The notes under the pieces were generated by a model, which did no database searches, was not told the origin of the DNA, and saw only the letters and a program-made list of their open reading frames with translations. This document shows, piece by piece, positions 38,476-48,211 of a stretch of DNA of 64,000 bases (position 1 is its first letter; each line of letters begins with the position of its first letter). Source of the stretch: Vicugna vicugna (taxonomy: Eukaryota); assembly GCA_013265495.1 (NCBI GenBank), contig MU057521.1, forward strand, positions 1,562,335-1,626,334. The letters are read 5' to 3'. Made by a program: the position numbers and the translations under genes.

Positions 38476-39118
38476 CCTGGCATCTGATAGGTACTTGGTA
38501 AATGTTTCCTCATTTCCACTTCCTTACAAACTCATCTAAAAAGGACTTCAGACACTGCCTGATTCAAATGTTACTAAATTATAGTTGAAGGATGGGGAGA
38601 TAAGGAAAGATGACGGTAGCAAAATCAGCTGTAACCATATTCTTATTTCCACAAGAAGAACAGCACCACAAATAGGATAAAATACCAAAAATAGCATTAA
38701 AATACGCCAGCATAGCATCCTACCTGATCATTAATTCAGTATGGTGTGCTTAAATAAATCACAGTCCTCCAAAATGATGCGTTTTTACCTATAAATTTAA
38801 ATTTTGTGTATGGTGAGTTTTTTCATGTTTATAGTAAAGTTTTGAGTGAGAAAAGCAATATAGAAACTTGTAACTACATTATGATCTCTACTACATTGAA
38901 ATGCACAGAAAAAATCTAGGAGGAAATAAATAAAACTAAGTCTGGGTCACTGGATTTTTTTTGCTTATCCTTGCATCTTCATAGTTTTCAATATTGCTCA
39001 AACTTTCTATACGGAACTTGTTATTCTTAGAATAAGTAACGTTTAAAGTTCTCTCTTAAATTACATTAGATTTATAATTTATTGATTGTTTTAAATTACA
39101 AATAAAAATTAAAAAAAA

Positions 39119-39200
39119 TTTTTCCCCTTAATGGAGACACTGGGGATTGAACCCAGGACCTTGTGCACACACTCTACCACTGAGCTATATGCCCACCCCG
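39119..39200 (-). mobile_element. Camelid tRNA-derived SINE (Vic-1 type)
   Basis: Reverse complement GGGGTGGGCATATAGCTCAGTGGTAGAGTGTGTGCACAAGGTCCTGGGTTCAATCCCCAGTGTCTCC has A box TAGCTCAGTGG and B box GGTTCAATCC. Near-TSD TACAAATAAAAATT / TATAAATAAAATTT. Confidence 0.85.
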
Positions 39201-39319
39201 CTATAAATAAAATTTTTAGCAAAATTAAACAAGTGGTGGGAAACTTAACATAAATTTAAACTTTTAATTATGGAAAAAATGTAGAAATTCAGATTCTAAC
39301 AAAACCATAAAGTTGATCT

Positions 39320-39885
39320 TTAAAAAAAACCTTTGTTCTGAAGTATAACATAAACAAGAAAGAGTATAAAACACAAATGTACAGCTGAACACATTTTTTT
39401 AAAAACAGAGACCCAGCTACCCTCCTAGGTCAATACACAGAACACTGTCAGTGTCTCAGATGCCCCACCTCCCACCCTATGTACGCTATTCCTGTCACAG
39501 CTCACTCCCTTTCCCCTAGTTAGTTTGTGTTATTCACTTCCTTTTCCTTTCATTTCAGTTTTATCACCTAAATTGTATCCATAAAAAAAATACAGATTAG
39601 TTTGGTTTGTTCATGAACTTGATACAAATGGAATCACATGGTAAATATTCTGCTGTGTCCGGCTTCTTTCTTTCAGCATGCTTTTATGATTCATTCATAT
39701 TGCCTAGCATTGTAATAATGTATTCATTGTAGTTGTGTTGGTATTTTATCGTAGGGCTACGCTACCACTTATTTATCTGCTTTGCTATTGATGGACATTT
39801 GGGCTGATTCCAGGTTTTGGCATTGTGATCTGTGGCTGCTGTCAACATCCTTGTCTATGGCTCCTGGTGCACATGTGCTCGCTGG
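39320..39885 (-). mobile_element. Old L1M 3' fragment
   Basis: GAAGTATAACATA...AAATGTACAGCTGAAC; AAATGGAATCACATGGTA...GGCTTCTTTC; ATTGATGGACATTTGGGCTGATTCCAGGTTTTGG. Confidence 0.7.
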
Positions 39886-41264
39886 CGGACGTTCTAGCTT
39901 CTGTGAGCTGAACTTACTTTGTGCTAATGAGATTTCTATCCACCTGTGACCATAAAAGGGAAAACGATAAAGACCCTGGAGTTTGGAAATCTGAAGCTGT
40001 GGGTCTTATTGTCATGGTTGGCTCCTATTCATGACAAATTCATATTTCAAAAGGACTGAAAACCCAGCAGTTTTCTTAAATGTCAGAATAAACCTGCTGT
40101 TATTTTAAATGCATTAAAAATTCTTTTAAATGGCAAGAATCAACTTTAACAGCCTTTTTATTTCAAATTAATGTCATCTAAATGTGAAGGCCTCTGCTTT
40201 GTGACTAACAAAAGCATTTGCCAATATTCCAAATTAGACAATTTTGCTTTCAGTTAAAAATCAGAAAAAAATGTTTGAGCCAGAAGAGATTTTAGAGACA
40301 CTATCTAGTTCAACTCCTTCATGTCATAAATCAGTAACTGAAACCTCCTTGAAGTGAAATGTCTTCCGAAGGCCATAGTTAACTAGTTGGTATAGAACCA
40401 GGACTACAATAATGACTTCTGACTTCCAACCTTGTATATTATTAAACTCCCCCAAATATTACATAGAGCCACCTTTCAAACTATGGAATTGGTAGAAGAC
40501 TGAGACTGTTATTCTGTCATTGTCACCATCATTATGTCTGACTATTAATACACCTACCTGGGCATCATCCCCTCTGTCTGATTTTCCTGGCATCCCATTT
40601 CTACGACAGAGGTATGGTAAGATTATATATATTCTATGGCACTGGTGCAGTGGTTTTTTTTATAATGTTTTGATCCATCTGGCAACATATGGTGGTAAAT
40701 TGTTAAATTCCTGAGAGTCATAGCTCTGTACTTACCATAACACTGGCTACGAAACAGAAGAGAACTAGAGACAGCAACTCTTTGTAAACTCCAGTGCTGT
40801 GATTCCCAAATGCCAGAGTGAGATATGGTACTGGTTTGGGATAGTGTTTTTCTTTATCTGCAGTAACATGAGAGAAAAAAAAAAAGAGGGAGAGAGATGA
40901 TAAGGAGTTTTTCATAAAATTAATTGTTCAATTTAAAGGGACTACCTTTTATGCTAAGATTTTTGTTTCCTACTTTTTTGGTGTTAAATGTATTTCTTTA
41001 ATAGTATTTTAATGGTATTTATTGTTTAAAAATTTTTTTGAGGCCAGTGCTTATAAATGTTTTATTCACTGTCATATACTCAGTTTCAAGCACCTGCATG
41101 TAACAGACTCAAAGAACATTTAAGTGAGTGTATAAAAAGTTAATAATCCTAGTTTGGTCACCAATTTGTGGTGGTGGGGGAGTAGGGGTGATATTTTACT
41201 AATCCCTGAAATCTCCAAGTTTGATTTCCAATTGCCACTCCAGAGTAGCCATACAAAAGACCCT

Positions 41265-41708
41265 AGCGTACTGGAGTGTTTCCCCCAAACTGGCATCTAC
41301 CTGAAACCTCAGAATGTGACCTTATTTGGAAACAGGGTCTTTGCAGATGCAATCAAGATGAGATCATAATTTGGGATTACAGGGGCCCTGATCCAGATAC
41401 TGGTTATTATTGTAAGAGGGGTATTTGGACACAGACATGGGGGAAGGCTACACAATGACAGATATCAGAGGGAAGAAATTAGCATGATGTAGCTCCAAGA
41501 TAAGGAATGCTGGCAACTGCCAGAAGTTGGACCAAGGCAAGGAAGGACCCTCCCCTCAACTTCAATCCCCAGCTTTCAGAAGGAGCATGGTCCTGCTAAT
41601 ACCTTGATTTTGGACTTCCAGCCTCCAGACTGTGAGACAATAAATTTCTGTTATTTGAGCCATCCAGTTCATGGTACTTTGTTATGGTGGCCCTAAGAAA
41701 CAAATATA
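41265..41708 (+). mobile_element. MLT1 (MLT1B/C-like) solo LTR
   Basis: AACCTCAGAATGTGACCTTATTTGGAAACAGGGTCTTTGCAGATG...ACCTTGATTTTGGACTTCCAGCCTCCAGACTGTGAGACAATAAATTTCTGTT...GCCCTAAGAAACAAATAT. Confidence 0.88.
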
Positions 41709-44700
41709 TCTAAAAGTCCAGGCCAGTGGATTTGGTGGGAAATAGAGGGGGAAACAGCAAGATTTCTGGGAATTGATTGTGTCTCCTGTAATCTATTTTG
41801 GGGCAAAAAAGAGAACACCCACATTGATTCTTCAGGGTATAATTAATGACTGTAAGTATAGGGGAATCACCTGGAGGGTACTTTCCTATTTTCAGTCATG
41901 TTAGATTCAGAGGGAAATGCTTTGGGATAATGTAGAAAAGATTTTTGTTAGGTATCAATCTTTATGGAAAGAGGTATTAGGCACTTGTTAGAACCCAAAA
42001 TGAGTTTCTAAAAGTGGGACATAAATCAATTTTTAAAATTAATATATTTAAAGTATATTAATATTATAGGAGCCCAGCATTTAGGACAATTGTATGATGA
42101 ATTCATTTAAGAGAAAGAATAAAGAATACTTTGGGAAGAAATATTTATACCCTAAAATATAATTTATATATCTAGATTTTCATATACCTCATTCCTCAAA
42201 TAAGAACCGTCTATACAAAAGAAGAAATTTGGCCAATTTTTACTAAAGATTAAAAAAAATGACAATGCCCACATGTAAACTTCCTTAGGGTGGGTATTTT
42301 TGTTTAAACTATTTACTGGTGGTAAATGGTGCCTACATATAAAAGTTTAATAAATACTTGTGGAATGAATGTCCCAGGTAATTTATACTGTTATCAGAAG
42401 AGGTGGGATGACATGATCTCTATTTCTTGGTCTAATACTTCATTGACGTGACTTGTAACAGATCTGTTTATTTCTGTGAGGCAGGATGTCAAGAATAAGA
42501 AAAAGACAGAATTATGGGATTAAAAAGGGTACACTAAAATTTGAAAGGTTATCAAGTGACTTATATGACTTTATAAGTGGACTACCTTAGATGACAGTGA
42601 CAATCTAAGCCCCCGATAGAATTCAAATGATAAATTTTGTGAGGGAGGGGTGAGGCTTTAGAGAGCCCAGAAGGTCTTATCCTGCCAGTGAGCACGGAAC
42701 ATATGAATCCAGTTTAGCCACCTGGGGCCCATTTAGTGCACTAGAGCAGTAATTTGCTAAATGGGTCCCTCGTAGTAAAAAAGAATGAGTAAATAGTGAG
42801 CAATTCAGGGATGGTAAACCACTAGTAGCTCAAGGGATGTAAAAATGTGAAACTATAATTAGATTCCTTGTTCATTATGCACTAACTAAATTTATTACAT
42901 TGTATATTGCATCGTTCTGAGTTTATTTCTGGACACAGCTGAGCCCTTAACATTCAGACTGAAACCATCCCTGCTATCAATTCATGCCTCCATTAAAATT
43001 CCAACTGCTTATATTAGAAAAAAATTCCAAAGATGGTTTCTTTTATCTTGGATCTAAGGATGCAAACAGGATTAACCTAGATACAAAACACAGCAAGTCA
43101 GTTATAAATCACACAGCATAAAATAAACTGTGGTAGTAAATTGAAAATTATGTTCTCTTTTTCTATACTTAGCTGTGAAAATATTTTAACAAGTTGGCAT
43201 CAGGGTTCGTAACTTTTACATCTGTTGTTTCTTTTGGGGATTATCTTTCAGCATTTGAACATGTGATTCTTTGAAAAGTGTGGCTAGTCAGAAATGTGGT
43301 ATTAGATTTTACATTTGAAACACTTTAAAGGGTTCAGGGGCATTCGTGAGTTACATGGTTTCAAGACACTGGCCTATTCCCCACTCTACTCTTAAGTGGA
43401 AGAAGGTGCTACTACATGGGTGTCTGGAAAACATTTGTCCTTAACCGAAATCCTTTTCTTTCTCAGAGAAACTATATGGTGTGAGATGGCTTGGATAGTT
43501 TGGATGATGATCCACGATATCAGCAAACTCTAAGTACCAGGTTCGTTGCCCTTATCATGGTCTATTTTATCAACTATGAGGTATCAGTTTATCTTGTGTT
43601 TAGGGGACTGGTTATACTTTAAGAACTCTCATTTCTTTCTCTTTCCTCTCACCCCCAAGTTTAGTAACTTTATAGAAGGTTTGGAGGTAGAACAAAGGCT
43701 GGATCACGCTGTGGACTCTTGTGCTTCTACTCTCCGCTCAACTCTGATTTTTATTATTTTGGATACAAAGGAATATGATATGATGCCTTTTAGATTATAG
43801 ATACTACACATGAAATAATTTCTCTATGTAGAAATTATATTCTGCGTTCTCCCCCAACTCAAAAAAACCCCTCCGTTTTTTGAGGCTGGCATGTATTTCT
43901 TTTCTCTTCATATTGAGACACTTTGACATTATTCATTATTCCCTTCTTCCTTCCAATTTACTAATCCTTCATACCAAGTCTGGCAGGTGAATATAATGAC
44001 CCTCCAGTCCCTCTCCCTCCAACACTTTGGGTACTAAATTCTCTGAGCAATGCTTTTTCTTTTTTCCACCCTTGAAGAAGGTGTTTTGGTTATAAATACC
44101 TTCAAAGAGTAAACAAAATCCATAGAGGATAAAAAGACATAATCATGGTGACCATGTAAAGCTAAACTACAGGATCCAGAGCTAGTTTGAGAACCGTGCT
44201 ATAGTTACTCAGAGAGGATGGAAGTGGACATTGGATCAAAGGTGACAATATTTACGATCAGAACAAACTTCCCTTGAATTTGTTACATGAGCTAAATAAA
44301 TATAACTCTAGAAAACAGACATGTGGGAGTTAGTATATATTTCTTAATATAGAAAAAATTAGAGAGGTTTATAGGAAATCAACTAAGGAACTAACAAATA
44401 TAAAGAAATCAACAGTCCATGTTTTAGTACTGAAATTTAACATGTTCTTTGTTTTTTAATCTTATTAAAGGAAGGCTAAAATACTGTTCTTTTCATTTCT
44501 AGAATAATTCGTGTTAGGTGCTACTCAAGGTAATGTGAATTAGTGTAGTTGAAATTCATCTTCAATATTATTACCTTTTTCTCTGCCTCTTTACTGTCTT
44601 TCAGAGACTGAGCCTTCAGCAAGTACTCAGTTTCATTCATTACAGAAAATTTCATCCAAAATGAGGTCTCTATTGTTGGACTTCCTAGACTAGGTCAGTT

Positions 44701-46059
44701 CCCCTTGCTTTATTTTTGCTTCTTCGTATGGCAACTGGTATTTTCCCCTCCTCTACATCCTCCTCACTTGTTGAATGTTTTTCTTTCTAATCTATAAGCT
44801 CTATGAAGGCAAGGACAGTGTCTAATTTATTCAATTGCTGCAACAGAGTGCCTGGTATACGTTTATAATAATTTATTTAATTAATTAACTTGACTATCTT
44901 ATCTCTCTTGGGAGAATTTGCATTCTCCCTAATCAAAAATGTAACTCTGCTGTTCATTGAATTCAAAAGGAATAAAAATTAGTTTCATGAGGCCAACATA
45001 TAATACTTCAAAAGTAAAATATAGAAAAATCATTTTCAGGAATTTCAAGAATCAATAGAAATATATATATGTGTATTTTGTCCTGTAATTTCCTCCATTC
45101 CTCTTCAGTGAAACTGTGTAGATAATCTAAGTACAACTTTCCCTGCCCTGATTAATTTCTGTTATTTCAGCTCCAAGTTCCAGTTTATCTTTCTCCCTTT
45201 CTTTCCTTTCCTCTGTTTCTCTCTCCTTCCCTTTCTCTTTCCTCAAACCTCTCACCCCTCAACTCACCCCCAAGTTTAGAAACTTCACTGAAGTTAAGGC
45301 AGGTCCTGGATAGGATGCAGTTGAAAAAGTCTCACATGTGAAAATTCAGGTTTATAAAACAATATGGGGGAATGGTAATTCAATTAAAAAAGTTTACTAA
45401 ATTCTTTTAAACAGTAAGCTACTCTAGGCTAGCCCACAGTATTGCTTTAACTGACAAGAATGTGCAACTTTTCAGACCACAACGAAACACTGTAGCCGTA
45501 GAAAATAATTTTTTTCTGAATGTTGAAACAAAAAACACGGTAAGACATTAAGAGAGAACATACGGGACCAGCCCACCTCGTGTCCTACCTTGTCTCCATT
45601 CCAACGTTTCCTGTACTTTCCATTGCCTTCTGTGTCATTAAGGGACTTCAAACTCTATCAGTGAGGAAAAATGAGATCTCAGCTCTTTGCCTTTTTCCTT
45701 CTCGGAGGCAGGAATGGGAGAGGACCGGCTCGACTCGGGCTTGCAGGATTTCCACCAAGCATGTTCAACATTGTCCCAGTTAGAGTTTCCAGACACTGTC
45801 TTCCCTGGCCTTGGAAAAGTGGGGGGAAAGTGAGGTTGGCTCTGACGGCCAATTATCCTGTGGTGCTGTGGGTATGTATTTGTACCTCATACAACGTGTG
45901 ATGGAGGTGAAGACCATGGCCTGGGGACCTTGGTGCCGTGGAAAATGCTTCAAAGCCCTCTCTTTCAAACAGCAGGAAAAACGAAAGTCTTCTGGGGAGC
46001 GGGAATGGGCCGGTTAGGTACAAGTTAATGAACAAGAACATTCCCGAGCACCGAGTTCG

Positions 46060-46073
46060 ACAGCAGAGGGCAC
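46060..46073 (+). promoter_or_regulatory. Candidate CTCF site at the CpG island edge
   Basis: ACAGCAGAGGGCAC, 13/14 match to CCASYAGRKGGCRS. Confidence 0.5.
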
Positions 46074-46185
46074 AATATCCACCGTCCAAGGCCAGCCGCC
46101 GGCGGCCAAAAGGGGCAAAACTTAAGGATCTCTGGGGCTTGTAGTTCACCACGTTCCCCTAGGGCGTGCCCGTCCGTGCACTAGG

Positions 46186-46210
46186 ACCACAACTCCCAAA
46201 GTGCACCGCG
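46186..46210 (+). promoter_or_regulatory. ZNF143/THAP11 (SBS) composite promoter motif
   Basis: ACCACAACTCCCAAAGTGCACCGCG matches the ACTACAnnTCCCA(N)ATGCA consensus. A second, opposite-orientation ACTACA-type motif (CTGGGGCTTGTAGTT) lies at 46132-46146. Confidence 0.65.
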
Positions 46211-46784
46211 CGCCCCCGATTTCTCTGTCGCCCCCTCTCAGAGGCCCGCGTACGATCCTCCTGGGAAACTGTCCCCCGCCCCGCCCTCGTACGCACGCGT
46301 CACGTTTGTTTACCCTTAAGCCCCGCCTCGTCGCCGTCCTCCTGCTCTCTCCTCTCCTCCCTGGAATGCCGTCATGCGGGTGATGCATATTCATAAGGCC
46401 CCCGTGGAGCTCCCGCCCTGCCCGCCTCCTGTCTTCCCGCTCCGGGCGCTTGATTAATATTCAATGAGCCCTGCTTCGCGGCTGGCTCTCCGGGTAGAGG
46501 TTGGGGAGCGGGCGGNNNNNNNNNNNNNNNNNNNNNNNNNNNNNNNNNNNNNNNNNNNNNNNNNNNNNNNNNNNNNNNNNNNNGGGCGGGCGCGCGGGAT
46601 GGAACACCGAGACACCGACGGAATGCTCCGAATTGCCACATAATCCCCTGGAACGGCCGTGCCGAACGCCATTGCCTTCTCCCTTCTCCCCGCGCCGCCG
46701 CCGCCGTCTCCCACCTTCGCCTCCCCGCCTCGATCTCCGCCCCCAGCCTCCGGAGCTGGGGGGTAAGCGCGAAGCCCCACTGCA

Positions 46785-48211
46785 ATGGAGCCCGCCGCCG
46801 CGGCTACGGCGCAGCGACTCCCAGAGACCAGCAGGGAGGACCGAGCTTCTGCTCCCGCGGCGGCCGCCGCGGAGCCGGCGGCGGCGGCGGCGGCGGCTCT
46901 GCTCTGACCCGAACGGCGGCGCGCGGGAAGAGGCCCCCGGTGAGATAGCGCCGGGGCCGCTGCCGGGCCGAGCGGGAGGCACGGGTCGCAGGAGGCGGCG
47001 TGGCGCGCCCCAGCCCACCGCCAGCGGGGCTGCCCCGGTGCCCGGGGCCGGCGGCGGCGCCAACTCCCTGCTGCTAAGGAGAGGGCGGCTGAAGAGGAAT
47101 CTGTCCGCGGCCGGCGCCGCCGCCGCCTCGTCGTCCTCGTCCTCGTCGTCGTCGTCCGCGGCTGCCGCCTCGCACTCCCCCGGCGCCGCCGGCCTGTCCG
47201 CCTCTTGCTCGGCCTCGGCGTCCCTGTGCACCCGGAGTCTGGACAGGAAGACGCTGCTCCTGAAGCACCGGCAGATGCTGCAGCTGCAGCCGTCGGACCG
47301 AGACTGGGTGCGGCACCAGCTCCAGCGGGGCTGTGTGCACGTCTTCGACCGCCACTTGGCCTCGACCTACTTGCGCCCGGTGCTCTGCACGCTGGACACC
47401 ACGGCCGGCGAGGTGGCCGCCCGCCTGCTCCAGGTGGGCCACAAAGGCGGCGGCGTGGTGAAGGTGCTGGGTAAGGGGGCGCCCGGCGAGCCACGGGACT
47501 TGGGGCCACCGCCTGGGAGGAGCGGGCTGACCACCGTCGGGGATCCGCCGCACGCGCCTCCCGCTGACTTGCCGCTGCCCGGTGGCCCGGACAGGTGGGC
47601 GCGCCGTGCCAGCCCCGCGCCCTCGGACTCCAGCCCCAGCGAACCAGGAGCCCCGCGTGCCCTGGACGGCGCGGCCGCGGGCCCGGCCTCCGACACCGAG
47701 AGCTTCAGCCTGAGCCCCAGCGCTGAGAGTGTGTCCGACCGGCTGGACCCCTACAGCAGCGGCGGCGGCTCCTCGTCGTCGTCCGAGGAGCTCGAGGCCG
47801 ACTCAGCCCCTGCCTCGACAGGGGCTCCGAGCCAGCCCCGCCTGCCCGGCCGTTGCACGCAGCCCCGGCCCGGAGCGGGCTCTCGGCCGCCTTCCCCGAC
47901 GGCCTCCCCGCCAGCGCTGCAGCCGAAAGCCTCGAGAGGCGTCGACGGCCTGGGCGGTGCAGCCCGCGATCGGCCTCGGGAGGAGAAAACGTCGACCCCG
48001 GGGGGGAACGGGGCGACCACGGAGAAGACGCCTCCAACGCCCACCCTGTATGTGCAGCTCCACGGAGAGACCACCCGGCGCCTGGAGGCGGACGAGAAGC
48101 CATTGCAGATCCAAAATGACTACCTCTTCCAACTGGGATTTGGGGAGTTGTGGAGGGTGCAGGAGGAAGGCATGGACTCGGAGATCGGCTGTCTCATCCG
48201 CTTCTATGCAG
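46785..48211 (+). CDS. PHLPP1: PHLPP1 (PH domain leucine-rich repeat protein phosphatase 1 / SCOP) coding exon 1, apparently frameshifted near 46900-46912 in this assembly
   Basis: ATG at 46785 (GCAATGG) gives MEPAAAATAQRLPETSREDRASAPAAAAA. The downstream frame (ORF 46501..48249) gives AREEAPGE...GRRRRRGAPQP...NSLLLRRGRLKRNLS...SLDRKTLLLKHR...DWVRHQLQRGCVHVFDRH...SDTESFSLSPSAESVSDRLDPYSS...LYVQLHGETTRRLEADEKPLQIQNDYLFQLGFGELWRVQEEGMDSEIGCLIRFYAG, which I recognise as the PHLPP1 N-terminal extension and RA-like region. The exon ends at the phase-1 donor GCAG|GTAAGG (48211/48212). Confidence 0.96.

Noticed and set aside
39119..39200. tRNA gene
   Set aside because: It has A/B boxes but no proper anticodon arm or acceptor stem, and has an A-rich tail and near-TSD: a SINE.
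1..45900. Remaining 60-140 aa ORFs, or a CRISPR-like or operon-like system
   Set aside because: No recognisable domains or exon structure; many ORFs use non-ATG starts or overlap repeats. No regularly spaced repeat-spacer array. This is ordinary mammalian intergenic DNA.
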